In this document: piece by piece, positions 28,045 to 38,945 of the stretch
Position numbering within the stretch: position 1 is the first letter of the stretch
Layout: every line of letters starts with the position of its first letter
Assembly: GCA_965202625.1 (NCBI GenBank)
Contig: CBDBBI010000010.1
Location: 2,080,001 to 2,144,000, forward strand
Direction: 5' to 3'
DNA from: a bacterium
Lineage (GTDB): Bacteria; UBA8248
DNA: 64,000 nucleotides
Made by a program: the position numbers and the translations under genes
Notes under the pieces: model-generated
Told to the model about the DNA's origin: nothing
Databases searched by the model: none
What the model saw: the letters and a program-made list of their open reading frames with translations, nothing else

Positions 28045-30428
28045 TTGGATGCCTATCGTAGAATCAACCCCAAAATCGTAGCGGCGCTTGCGCTGGGTTT
28101 TTCCTTGTTTGAACTCTACACCGTTGGTTTTGGGGTTCTCTCCCCGTTTGCGCAGCGCGCAACCATGCTCGCTTTTGCGAGCGTGCTGGTTTTTCTCACA
28201 AAACCCTTTCTGGATTGGGACAAACGTGAGGACATGGCGCCACTCCCCAGAGTATTCGCCATCGGGTGGGACGCGCTTTTCATCGGCCTCGCTCTGTATG
28301 CTTGCGCCTACCTCGTCATTGAGGAGGAAGCGCTGGCGGATCGAAGCGGGGCCGAGACCGGGCTTGATCTCATCATCGCGGGCATCGGACCCATCATGCT
28401 ACTGGAGATGGTTCGCCGCGCGGTGGGCATCCCTTTGTTTTTGGTGATGCTCTGTATCCTGGTCTATTCCTATTTGGGCGATGTGACGCTCATCTTTTTC
28501 TCGGGCGTTTTCGTATTCGTGGCGATGAAGCGGGCCGCGGGTCTGAAGGTCGCCTGCGGGTTCTCTCTCCTTCTCCTCTTGTTTTTCCTGTGGCCGGGAC
28601 GTGGTCTTCTGGACCCCGCCATCTATACTTTCCAGGGTGAGGAGCATAGCCGTCTGGCTGCATACCTGTGGCTCACCTCCGAAGGCACTTTTGGAACCAT
28701 TTCGGCCATCATGAGCGAGTTTATCTTCATTTTTATCTTGTTCTCCGCCCTTCTTGAAGCGACGGGGACTGGGCAGATACTCATCAACCTCGCGTTCGCG
28801 CTGACGGGCCGTTTTCGCGGCGGACCCGCGCAGGCATCCGTTGTGGCCAGTTCAATGTTCGGCATGGTCTCGGGTTCTACGATGGCCAACGTAGTGAGCA
28901 CGGGCACGTTTACGATACCTCTGATGATCCGCACGGGGTTCTCGCGGCTGTTTGCGGGCGCAGTGGAGGCGGTGGCCTCATGCGGCGGGCAGATAGTGCC
29001 GCCCATCATGGGCGCGAGTGTTTTCATCATGTCCGAGCTGATTGAAATTCCCTATGTCTTTTTGATGCTCTATGGGCTGATTCCCGCTTTTTTATATTAT
29101 TTCAGCCTTTCCACGTCGATTTATTTTGAAGCGCGCAGGCTGAACCTCAAGCGATTGGATAGTGCGGAAATACCCGGCGCATGGGAGCAGGTACAACGAG
29201 GGGGCTACCTCCTGATTCCTGTGTTGATCCTGCTGGCCAGCATCGTGAGTGGCGAGACGCCGGGTTTGGCCGGATACAAAGCGGTGGTCTCGCTTGTGGT
29301 GATGGTGGACATGGCGCGATCGCTCAGAGTGATTCGAATGAACTGCGGAGGTCTGGGCGTGTATGCCGCGGGCGGTTTGATTCTGGCGGCCATCTTCTTG
29401 TCTTTTGGGCCCATAAGCGCTCCGGCCGTCATCTCTCAAAACGTCGTGCTTCCTCTTTGGGGCGAGTTCCGCTTCACAGACTGGCGTTGTTCTTGGTTGG
29501 GGTTTGTTTTGCCTTGGTTCCACAATGGCGGAGCTTGCCAATCGCCTTCCCCATCGCGTTGGCTTTGGCGCGATGGAAGATACCGTCCGAGTTGTTGTGG
29601 ATGGGACAAATTCCCTTTGTCGGGCTTTTGTTGCCCATTGCCGTTTTCTGCATGGCGGTTTATCTCGTCGCGCTGCCCGTATTTCGGACACCGGAGACGC
29701 TGGAGGCGAAAAAGAGCGCGCGCGACCTTGGCTGCGCCATCCTCAAGAGCCTGGAAACGGGGGCGAAAAACTCCTTGGGTTTGGTCGCCGCGACGTCCGC
29801 CATTGGCCTCATCGTCGGTCTTTTGGTGCTCGCCGCGGTCGGCGTCCGCATATCGATCCTGGTGACGGAGACGGCCTCGACGTCTTTGTTCCTGGCGTTT
29901 TTCCTGGTGATGATCGCATCGCTCGTGATGGGCATGGGGTTACCGACCGTCGCCGCCTATTTGCTGTTGGTGATCGTAGTGGCGCCGTCGGTCACCAGTT
30001 TGGGAGCGCCACTGGTGGCCGCGCACTTTTTTATTTTCTACTTTGGCGTGATCAGCTCCATCACGCCGCCGGTGGCGCTGGCTGCTTATGGGGCATCCGG
30101 CATATCGGCCGCGAATCCGATGCAAACGGGCTTCACCGCCTGCAGGCTGGCCGTCACCGCGTTCATCGTGCCTTATTTGTTTGTGTACTACCCGGAGCTC
30201 TTGTTGCTCCAAGGCACGTTCTGGACGGTGAGCTACCGCCTCGCCGTGAGTTGCGCAGGCATCGCTTTTCTATCGATGGCTACAATGGGGTTTGGCCGAG
30301 CGCCCATGAACGTGTGGATGAGAACCATGATGATGGGCGCATCCTTGCTCTTGTTCCTGGGTCCGGCGTGGTTCCACGTTTTGGGATTGGCCACGGGAGG
30401 CGTGGTCTTGTTCCGGCAAAAGACATAG
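28045..30428 (+). CDS. TRAP fused permease (4TM/12TM DctQM), split by a single-base frameshift near 29460
   Basis: First frame: GRFRGGPAQ, GSTMANVVSTGTFTIPLM, EAVASCGGQIVPPIMGA. Second frame: MGMGLPTVAAY, AHFFIFYFGVISSITPPVALAAY. One extra G in the GGGG run at 29459-29462 joins them. Confidence 0.85.
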
Positions 30429-30451
30429 GCGCGGCGTTTCACTCGCCCGCG

Positions 30452-32066
30452 CTATTCGGTGGAATTCTCCATGTGAAAGCCGAGATTCCGTTCTGTGAGG
30501 CCGGCCGGGGGCCGATGCTGCCGCAAGGGCGCTACTTCATGGCCGTTTGTTTCAGCTTTTTCCAGGAGCGATTCTCCGACTCCTTTCGACGAATTTGCTA
30601 CTTCATGGCTGTTTTTTTCGGTTTCTTCCGGAAAAAGCGCCGCATGGGTTTCCTCAAAGCGATGTTTTCCCACAGCCAGCTGCATGACGGCGGGCATGAC
30701 TTCTCTGGCAAGCTGAATCATTTTCACTCGCCTTGTCTCTTATGTCCCACTGGGCGTGGGGGTCTTCCCTGAGTCTTGAAACGTGGTAGAGCTCCCGCGC
30801 ATTTACCGAGAACAGCACGCGGCGTTTGTGCGCGTTCGTGAGGACGTAGGGTGCGGCTTCGGGCGCCTGCGCGGCAATGCTCTTATACGCGGCGTTGGTA
30901 GCAGCTATGGCGACCTGGAACTCAGCCTCCGCCCCCGCTTCGATGATGGAGGGGGGCGTGGTGACGCCCAGTGCAACGTCATAGGGCTGGGCGTTGAGAG
31001 TAGCCATGCGGTGGCGCTTGAGCTGCCCGAAACAGGCGGCGGATAGCGTCAACTCAAAAACGCAGCGCACGTTCTCGAACTCGCGCAGAACGGAGTCGTG
31101 CCCGCCCATGAACCTGAACGTGGAGGCGATGAAGCGTTTGCGTTCCTCCTCATTCATGCTTTGGGCTGTTGCCTGGCAGCGGGACATGGGCTTTCCTGAG
31201 GACGAATGGATGAGGGCGGCTGTGACGAGCGCGTCCGCATTCGGCGTGTAGTCCACCAGAACAACGTCTCCGCCCGCGTCGGGGGGAGCTGCCGCCTTCT
31301 CAAGCAGCCTGGAGGTCGTCTCCCTGAGCGCGGCGCGGGTGTGGATATTGTATGGAGTGGGGGCTGTGTATTTTACCAGCGAGGGCGCAACGCCCTTGAC
31401 GGACGCATACAGACGCCGCGCGTATTCCTGAACTTCCTCGAGCGGATGAGCGGCGCAGTGGCTGATGACGTGTTCCAGGTTTCTCGCGTTGAGCGTCATG
31501 CCGATTTGCGACTGCGTGGCGAGGGAGACGACGTAGCGCGCGTCCTCTTTCGCCAGGCCCTCCAGCGTTTTGTGTGTTTTCCTGCTGACCGCGAGCTGGG
31601 GGTGCTGTTCAAATACCCAGGGCCTGAGCTTCTTGTAAAGAGCGTGGTAGCAGGCGTTCTGCATCTTTATCGTGCGGACGAATAGACTACCAAACCCCGT
31701 TTCCTTGACCTCTTTGGGCACCACGAAGTCGTCCTCAAGCAGGACGTAGCGCTGGCTTTTCTCGGTGTAGGACAAGAGCCTGAATTTTTGTATCTCCTCC
31801 ACCGCATAGCGGCTCACGCCGATGACGTCGACGTTGAAGGTAGCGTGCTCTGCAACGGAGCTGTGCCCGTAGTCGAAAATGATGGTCTGGTTGCTCCTGC
31901 GCGCTTTCTCCACGTCCAGGCGAGCGGAGGCGCGAAGCGCGTCGATGGGGCGCGGGTCTCGACTGATGCGCGCGTATGCCGCACTGATGGTCTCGGGCGT
32001 AGCGCCCTGCTTCAGCATATCAACGTCTGCGTTGTGGCCAGCAAGGATGATTTGCATGGGTCTCAT
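30452..32066 (-). CDS. thyX: Two-domain FAD-dependent thymidylate synthase, frameshift at 30721-30724 near the 3' end
   Basis: YGHSSVAEHA, SYTEKSQRY, EDARYV, NARNL in domain 1; QLKRHR, NARELYHVSRLR...HAQWDIR in domain 2. Removing one A gives KASEMIQLAREVMP. Confidence 0.85.
30531..30636. repeat. Imperfect direct repeat, about 40 bp with a 66-bp period
   Basis: GCTACTTCATGGCCGTTTGTTTCAGCTTTTTCCAGGAGCG (30531) versus GCTACTTCATGGCTGTTTTTTTCGGTTTCTTCCGGAAAAA (30597). Confidence 0.7.
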
Positions 32067-32366
32067 TGAAGAGGCGTAGTTTGCGAGCGTGTCATCAATA
32101 AACTCTGGATAGCAGAAAAGCTGATCATAAACGCACGGTCCTTATAAACCCTGGATGGCGCAAGAACAAGGGGAGAAGTGAAAGAGCGCGCGATCTCGCC
32201 GAATTCGAATCCGCGCCCCCTTCAGGCGTCCACGTTTCCTTGCGCGCCGCAAACGTCTTCCCTGCCCGGTTGCTCCATTCCTTGCCATTGGTCAGGGATT
32301 TTGGGATGATGTCGCTTGGCGTTGCCGCTTACGCGTTGCGCGCCCCTCACGAGAAAGAGGAAATAC

Positions 32367-33701
32367 GTGAGCCATCTTATCGCCCGAACCATCCTCGCCG
32401 TCCTTGTTCTCGCCTCTTTTGGCTTTGAGCTGCCCACCTCGGAAGCCGGACGGCCGCGGAGACCCCCTCCGCCTCTTGTATCCTTGTCGAAAGTGGTTGA
32501 GCGCCAGGTGAGAAACTCCCTCATCGTCGTGGGGAGCGTGGAGCCTTACCGCCGTTCCATCGTGAGCAGCGAGCTCGAGGGCCGGGTGCAGTCGGCCCCG
32601 CTCCAGGCGGGGGATTTCGCTCGCGCGAACGAAACCGTTCTCGCGACGGTGCGTCGCTCCGATCTGGAGATCGAACTGCGTATCATGCAAGCCGAGCTGG
32701 AGAAGGCGCGCCAGGACTTTTTGCGCCTCGAACGGGGAAGCCGTCCGGAACAGATAGCGGCGCTTCAGGCCAGAATGAGGGAGCGTGAAGCGCAGATGCG
32801 AAACCATGAGCTCGAGCGGGAACGCGCCCAGGATCTGTATAAGAGAAAAATCCTGGATCGGTCGAGCTACGATCGCGCCGAGGCCAACTACGAAGCCAGT
32901 CGGCAGTTGCATGAAGAAGCTTCCCTGAATCTGAAGCTTGCTAAGCTTGGTCCCAGGAAAGAGGAGAGGGCCCGCGCCAGGGCGGAGATGAGCCGAGTTC
33001 GGGCGCGGATCGCACGGATACGCGATGATTTGGCCAAGACGGAAATTCGCTCTCCGTTGACCGGCTTCATCACCCAAGAGTGGGTGGAGGTTGGCCAGTG
33101 GCTTACCAAGGGCGGCCGCGTGGCCGAAATCATCGAACTCGACAGGGTGTTGGTGCGCGCCTCGATCGCGGAGCGGCGCATTTCTTTGGTGCGCGTGGGG
33201 GATGAGGTGCGCGTCGTCATCGACGCTCTTGGGGGCCGGGCGTTTACGGGTAGGGTGCGCGGCATCATTCCAAAGGCGGACCCCAAAAGCCGGACGTTCC
33301 CCGTGGAAGTGGAGATAAGGAACACCAAATCCTATGAACTCAAGGCGGGAATGTTCGCGCGCCTGCGCCTTGAATACGGGGAGGCGGCCAGGACGCTTTT
33401 GGTGCCCAAGGACGCGCTGATTCTCAGAACGAGGGGAGCCTCCGTCTTCGTTTTCGAGAAGGGGCGCGTTCGGGAGGTTTCGTTTCAGCAGGGCAGAAGC
33501 GTGGATTCCTTCGTGGAGGTCCCGAAGGGCGCGCTGAAAGCCGGAATGCGGGTCGTGGTGAAGGGAAACGAGAACCTGAGAGCCGGTATGGCCGTTCGCC
33601 TTCAGGGTGGCGGGTTCGGTGCTGCGCGCGGCGGGAAAGCCTTCGGCAGGAAGAAGGCGCCCGCCGCAAGCTCCGCCTCGAAACGCAAAGCCGGTGGATG
33701 A
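32367..33701 (+). CDS. RND efflux periplasmic adaptor (MFP)
   Basis: Signal anchor, VSSELEGRV, long coiled coil, IRSPLTG, ADPKSRTFPV, LKAGMFAR, VPKDAL. Confidence 0.93.
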   Translation: MSHLIARTILAVLVLASFGFELPTSEAGRPRRPPPPLVSLSKVVERQVRNSLIVVGSVEPYRRSIVSSELEGRVQSAPLQAGDFARANETVLATVRRSDLEIELRIMQAELEKARQDFLRLERGSRPEQIAALQARMREREAQMRNHELERERAQDLYKRKILDRSSYDRAEANYEASRQLHEEASLNLKLAKLGPRKEERARARAEMSRVRARIARIRDDLAKTEIRSPLTGFITQEWVEVGQWLTKGGRVAEIIELDRVLVRASIAERRISLVRVGDEVRVVIDALGGRAFTGRVRGIIPKADPKSRTFPVEVEIRNTKSYELKAGMFARLRLEYGEAARTLLVPKDALILRTRGASVFVFEKGRVREVSFQQGRSVDSFVEVPKGALKAGMRVVVKGNENLRAGMAVRLQGGGFGAARGGKAFGRKKAPAASSASKRKAGG

Positions 33702-33802
33702 GGCGATGCGTCTGAGCCGACTGCCCGCGCGGAGGGTGAGTTTTCGTTTTTGACGCATGTCCGAGCGTTTGAAAAATGGGCCGCCGAGGGAGATGAGAAA
33801 GG

Positions 33803-36800
33803 ATGAATTTGCCGCGCGCGAGCGTCAAATACCCCGTCACCACGAGCGTGGGCGTCATCCTGGCGGTGCTTTTCGGCGCCATCAGCCTCTCCAGGATTCC
33901 GGTGCAGATGACGCCGACGGTGGAGCGGCCTGTTATCACGGTGGGGACCAAATATGATGGTGCGGCGCCGCTCGAGGTGGAGGAGGAAGTGTCGAAGCCC
34001 ATCGAGGAGAAGCTCACCTCGGTGGAAGGCCTCACGCGGATGACCTCTAGCAGCCAGGAGGGCAGCTCGCGCGTCTTGCTGGAGTTCGACTGGGGAACGA
34101 ACAAGGACGTGGCCCGACTCGACGTCTCGGAGAAGCTCGGCTTGGTGCGTGACCTGCCCGATGATGTGGACAAATCCACCATCAGCGCGCTGAACACCGA
34201 CGCGGAAAACCCCATCGCATGGATAGTAGTCGATACCAAGCTGCCCATCAACGAGGTGCGCGTAGAGGGTGATGCCGTCATCCGCCCCAAACTGGAGCGC
34301 GTGGAGGGCGTGGGCCGGGTATGGATGTTCGGGGGTCAGGACAGGGAGGTTCGCGTCACGCTGGATTACGCGGCCATGAGTGCGCGCGGACTTACGGTCG
34401 CCGCGCTGAGGGAGGCCCTGCGGCGCGAGAACAAAAACACCAAGGCGGGGAGGATTGACGAGGGAAAGCGCCGCTACGCGGTGCGCACCGTGGGCAATTT
34501 CACCCGGCTCGATCAGCTGCGGAACACCATCGTTGCGCAAAACGAGGGAGGCGCGGTCTATCTGCGCGACGTCGCCAAGGTTTCCTTCGACTATGGCGAC
34601 ACCGAGCGGCGGATTCGCATCAAGCGGGTCCCTACCATGGGCTTTGGGGTTTTGAGAAAAACCGGCGCCAACACCATTGAGGTGATGGCGGGTGTCAAAA
34701 GAGCGATCGCTGAAATCAACAGCATCTACGAGGGGCGTGGCATCCAGCTCAGACAGGTCTATGACGAGACCGACTACATCAACCAGTCCCGCTCCCTGGT
34801 CGTGAACAACATATTCGTGGGCGGGGCCTTGGCGATAGGCGTGTTGCTCCTGTTCTTGGGGAGCCTCTCGAGTGTGTTGGTCATCGCCGTTGCCATACCG
34901 GTCACCGTTGTTGCCACGTTCATCCTGATCTTCGCGTTGGGCCGCTCCATCAACATCATCTCTTTGGCGGGCATGGCGTTCGCCGTCGGCATGGTGGTGG
35001 ACAACTCCGTCGTGGTGTTGGAGAACATCTTCCGTCACCGTGAGATGGGAAAAACCAGATGGGACGCCGCAGTAGAGGGTGCGCAAGAGGTCTGGGGCGC
35101 GGTGCTGGCCTCGACGCTGACCACGCTCGCCGTCTTCATCCCGGTCGTGTTTGTTCAGGATGAGTCGGGCCAGTTGTTCCGGGACATCGCGATCGCCATC
35201 AGCGTGGCGGTGGCCCTCTCCCTCTTGGTGTCGATCTCCGTGGTGCCGATGCTGAGTTCTCGCATTCTGAGTGACGCGCGAAAAACCTCCCCCCTGGTTC
35301 GCCTTTTCAGCGTGTTGGGAATTTACCCGCTCGGCAGGCTCTGTCAGCGAATGTATGTGGTCTCTCTCGGTTGGCTGTTGCGAGGGGTACTTAGGCGCGT
35401 GTTCGTCGTCTCGGTGATCACGGCGGGGGCGATCCTCATGGCGGTGCAGTTTTTCCCTCCCATCGACTATTTGCCCAAGGGCAACCGCAACCTCATGTTC
35501 GTGTTTTTGCGTACCCCATCGGGCCTGAATCTCGATGAAGTGGATAAGATCGTGAAGGGGCTGGAGGCGAAATTCGCGCGCGTGGAGGAGCTCGACCGGT
35601 TTTTCGCCGTGGTGCGCGCGCAAAGGCCCATCCTCGGCCTCATCGCGAAAAAGGAACATTCCGATCTGGAGTCGATGCGGCGTCTCGTCGGCCGGTTGTT
35701 CGGCGAGCTCCAGGGCGTCCCCGGAGTACGCGTGTTCGTCACCCAGGCGTCCTTGTTCAGGCGGCGGGGTTCGGGTTTCATCGGCGGAATCAACCTGCAG
35801 GTGGACATCACCGGTAGCAGCTTGAGCGAAATTCAGCGCATCGCCGCCGATGTGGAAGACAGGACGCGCCGGCTGGAGGGCGTGCGCTTCGTGAATTCGA
35901 GCTTCGATCTGGGGAATCCGGAATTGCAGGTGCACGTGGATCGACAAAAGGCGGCCGAGTTCGGCCTGTCCGTCTCCGAGATCGGGAACATTGTGGAGAC
36001 GCTAGTGAACGGAACAAAGGCCGGGTTATTTCGGGACAGTGGAAAGGAGCTCGACATCGTTCTGCGCGGGCCGCTTTCGGATTTCACCAGAACGCAGGGA
36101 ATTTCCGACATCAGGGTGCACACGCTCGAGGGCCGGATTGCCGGGCTCGGAGACATCGCCGAGGTTCGTCCGGCTTTGGGCCCGACGAAGATCGAGCATA
36201 TCGACCGAGACCGCTCTGTGTCCTTGACGGTCAACATCGGCAACGAACTGCCGCTTCAGAAAGCCATCGAGAATATGAAGAGGGAGGTCATCGACCCGAT
36301 GCGCAGGACGCTTCCGCTGGGGTATTCGATGGACGTGAGCGGGCGGGCGAAGGATCTGGAAAGAACCTGGGGGGCGCTTAAGTGGTCGCTGCTGCTCGCG
36401 CTGTTGATTACCTACCTGTTGATGGCGTCCCTGTTCGAGGCGTGGAGCTACCCACTCATCATCATGTTCAGCGTTCCCTTCGCCGCCACGGGCGGCGTGT
36501 TGATGGTGAGCTACATGAATTCAATAGAACCGTCGGTGAAGATGGACACGCTCACGATGCTGGGCTTCATCATCCTCACGGGCATCGTGGTGAACAACGC
36601 GATTTTGCTCGTCCACCAGGCACTGAATCATTTTCGTTCCGGACTCCCCATGCGCGCGGCGATTCTCGATAGCGCGCGCGACAGGATGCGCCCCATTTTC
36701 ATGACCACGACGACAACCGTGCTCGGCATGTTGCCCCTGGTGCTCTCTTCTGGTGCCGGCAGCGAACTTTACCGGGGTTTGGGTTCGGCCGTCCTGGGTG

Positions 36801-36991
36801 GTTTGGCTACCTCCACGCTGTTCACCCTGCTCTTGGTGCCGGTGGTGTTCTCCTTGTGGGTGGATTTCCTGGGCCTCGTGCGGCCCGGCGGCGCGGCGCG
36901 GCGATTCGAGGCGACGCTCTCCGCCGCGTCCGGGGCCGGTGGAAACGGCGTGCCCGCCGAGCCCGAGCGCGATAAAGCCGTCAAAAATTAG
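33803..36991 (+). CDS. RND efflux permease (AcrB/AcrD/AcrF family)
   Basis: 1062 aa; GMVVDNSVVVLENI, ASTLTTLAVFIP, GIVVNNAILL, RMRPIFMTT. Confidence 0.96.
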   Translation: MNLPRASVKYPVTTSVGVILAVLFGAISLSRIPVQMTPTVERPVITVGTKYDGAAPLEVEEEVSKPIEEKLTSVEGLTRMTSSSQEGSSRVLLEFDWGTNKDVARLDVSEKLGLVRDLPDDVDKSTISALNTDAENPIAWIVVDTKLPINEVRVEGDAVIRPKLERVEGVGRVWMFGGQDREVRVTLDYAAMSARGLTVAALREALRRENKNTKAGRIDEGKRRYAVRTVGNFTRLDQLRNTIVAQNEGGAVYLRDVAKVSFDYGDTERRIRIKRVPTMGFGVLRKTGANTIEVMAGVKRAIAEINSIYEGRGIQLRQVYDETDYINQSRSLVVNNIFVGGALAIGVLLLFLGSLSSVLVIAVAIPVTVVATFILIFALGRSINIISLAGMAFAVGMVVDNSVVVLENIFRHREMGKTRWDAAVEGAQEVWGAVLASTLTTLAVFIPVVFVQDESGQLFRDIAIAISVAVALSLLVSISVVPMLSSRILSDARKTSPLVRLFSVLGIYPLGRLCQRMYVVSLGWLLRGVLRRVFVVSVITAGAILMAVQFFPPIDYLPKGNRNLMFVFLRTPSGLNLDEVDKIVKGLEAKFARVEELDRFFAVVRAQRPILGLIAKKEHSDLESMRRLVGRLFGELQGVPGVRVFVTQASLFRRRGSGFIGGINLQVDITGSSLSEIQRIAADVEDRTRRLEGVRFVNSSFDLGNPELQVHVDRQKAAEFGLSVSEIGNIVETLVNGTKAGLFRDSGKELDIVLRGPLSDFTRTQGISDIRVHTLEGRIAGLGDIAEVRPALGPTKIEHIDRDRSVSLTVNIGNELPLQKAIENMKREVIDPMRRTLPLGYSMDVSGRAKDLERTWGALKWSLLLALLITYLLMASLFEAWSYPLIIMFSVPFAATGGVLMVSYMNSIEPSVKMDTLTMLGFIILTGIVVNNAILLVHQALNHFRSGLPMRAAILDSARDRMRPIFMTTTTTVLGMLPLVLSSGAGSELYRGLGSAVLGGLATSTLFTLLLVPVVFSLWVDFLGLVRPGGAARRFEATLSAASGAGGNGVPAEPERDKAVKN

Positions 36992-37781
36992 CCGATTCTG
37001 CGAGAAACGCATCCACGGCCGCGTTCCATTCAGTGTGGGAGCGGCGGTAGCTGTAATGCCCCCCCTCCTCTAGTATCACGAGCCGCGCACTCGCTATGGC
37101 TTTTTGCAGATCTTGGGCGAAGTACGGCGGAGTGAGGGCATCGTCTTTCGCGGCGATGATGAGCGATGGCTTCTTGATCTGATGAATCTCGGCAGTTCTG
37201 TCGTGGGTGAGCGTCATGTCAATCCGTGCGGTGATGACGTCCACCGGCGCGATGGTGTCCTTCTGGCGCGCTTCGAGTTCAAGAAGATTGTCATACATGT
37301 TTCTGAATTGCGTCCACCCGCAAGTCCACAACGAACTGAACTTGATATATTCCTCCAGTCCGTAGGCTTCGGCGATTTGTTTGCGCGAGGTCTGAAGGCG
37401 CGTCATATAAGGGTCCGCTTTCGTCCAGGTGTTGGTGAAAACGCAGCGGTCGATTCGCTCGGGATAGTCAAGCGCGAGGTTTTGCAGCACGCAGCCGCCC
37501 GTGGAGGTGCCCGCCACGTGGGCCTTTTCGATTCCCAGTGCGTCGAGCAGACCGATGGCGTCCTGTGCGATGAGGCGGGTGGAATACGCATCCTTGGGCT
37601 TGTCGCTCTCGCCCGTTCCCCTGTGGTCGAACGTGATGCAGCGGTAGCGATCCGAGAAATGGGGAATCTGGAAATCCCAGGCGTCCAGAAGACCCATGAG
37701 ACCTGGAATGAACAAGAACGCCTCCCCCTCCCCGCGTTCGGAGTAATTCAGATGCACTTCACCGGCCTGAATTCTGGGCAT
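36981..37781 (-). CDS. Alpha/beta hydrolase (PcaD/RutD-like)
   Basis: FDHRGTGES, nucleophile elbow GTSTGG, DDALTP, GGH. Confidence 0.88.
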   Translation of the reverse strand: MPRIQAGEVHLNYSERGEGEAFLFIPGLMGLLDAWDFQIPHFSDRYRCITFDHRGTGESDKPKDAYSTRLIAQDAIGLLDALGIEKAHVAGTSTGGCVLQNLALDYPERIDRCVFTNTWTKADPYMTRLQTSRKQIAEAYGLEEYIKFSSLWTCGWTQFRNMYDNLLELEARQKDTIAPVDVITARIDMTLTHDRTAEIHQIKKPSLIIAAKDDALTPPYFAQDLQKAIASARLVILEEGGHYSYRRSHTEWNAAVDAFLAESANF

Positions 37782-37798
37782 GGACTCTCCTTTGAGGT

Positions 37799-38812
37799 TT
37801 ATTCGCTTTCATCGTTCAGTATTTCGGACACCTCCACGCGGCGGCCTTCCCGCGCCGAGCGGACGCCCGCGCGAATGACGGCGAGGGAGGATACGGCGGC
37901 GTCCCCGCCCATCTCTGGCTGTGCCCTTCCGCGAACGGCGTCCGCGAACTCCTCCAACTCCTCCACGATGGTGTTGTTCTTCTCGCAGGACACCGGCCGG
38001 GGGGCCTTCTCCCCCCGGTAGAGAACGCGCAGGCCGTCGAAGAGCGTATAATAGGCCGTGGCCGTCTTTCCATAGACGTTCATGAGATAATACTCCGAAG
38101 CCGAGGCGTAGCTTGCCGTGAGATTCGAGATGGCCTCGCATTCGTGCTCGAGAATGAGGTTCGCCACGTCGGGATTCTCTCCCGGTAGGACGAGTTGCGC
38201 CGCCTGCGCGGAGACGGCCACGATGGGCCCCATGAGGTAGGTCAGGACGTCGGTGTAGTGAATGCCGATCTGAAGCATGACCCCGCCCGGCATGGCCTCT
38301 GATTGATAGCGCCAGTGGCCGGGTTCGAACTGGCCCTCCCGGTCTCTGCTGATGTTGCACTCCGCCTGCACCAGACGACCGAATTTTCCCTCCGAGATCT
38401 CGCTCTTGATCCAGCGAAAGTGATTCTCGCGCCTCCTCTGATAGCCGATGGCGAGTACCACGCCCGCATCGGCGCACGCGCGTGTGAGAGCTTGGCCGTC
38501 GGCGATGGTGTGGGCGATGGGCTTGTCCAGAAAAACGTGCTTGCCCGCCCGGGCCGCCGCTTGGGTGGATTCGAGATGAACGTGGTTCGGGGTGGTGTTG
38601 ATGATCGCCTCGATGGACGCATCCCCCAGGATTTCCTCGTAGCTTTTCGCCGCTTCACAGCCGTACTTTTTGGCGAAGGCGACGCGCTTGCCCTCAGAAC
38701 GCGTGAAGCAGGCGACGATCTCGATTTTATCGGTCTGCTGAATCGCATCGGCGAGAACGTCCGACCACCACCCCATGCCGAGCGAAGCTACTCGCAGGGA
38801 CTTTGCACTCAT
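37799..38812 (-). CDS. Gfo/Idh/MocA family oxidoreductase
   Basis: LGMGWW, TTPNHVH, AGKHVFLDKP, IGYQRR, GGVMLQIGIH. Confidence 0.92.
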   Translation of the reverse strand: MSAKSLRVASLGMGWWSDVLADAIQQTDKIEIVACFTRSEGKRVAFAKKYGCEAAKSYEEILGDASIEAIINTTPNHVHLESTQAAARAGKHVFLDKPIAHTIADGQALTRACADAGVVLAIGYQRRRENHFRWIKSEISEGKFGRLVQAECNISRDREGQFEPGHWRYQSEAMPGGVMLQIGIHYTDVLTYLMGPIVAVSAQAAQLVLPGENPDVANLILEHECEAISNLTASYASASEYYLMNVYGKTATAYYTLFDGLRVLYRGEKAPRPVSCEKNNTIVEELEEFADAVRGRAQPEMGGDAAVSSLAVIRAGVRSAREGRRVEVSEILNDESE

Positions 38813-38945
38813 TTTGACAGACTCCTCCATTTGCCGCTGAACCAAGGGTTGTGAAGAAACGCATCTTCATCCATCGTGCGCTCTCCGGCGGGACGCTCCC
38901 GAGGGCTGATGAGGCCGAGGAGCCACGAGGCGCTCGCCATAAAAA

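Noticed and set aside
32203-32220. TTCGAATCC as a tRNA fragment or attR copy of tRNA-Arg
   Set aside because: The match to the tRNA 3' end stops after 8 nt (TTCGAATC), and no cloverleaf can be formed.
33602-35947. 781-aa antisense ORF opposite the RND permease (also 32292-33758, 53969-55537 and 57347-58900)
   Set aside because: Antisense shadows of well-supported GC-rich genes, with no recognisable domains.
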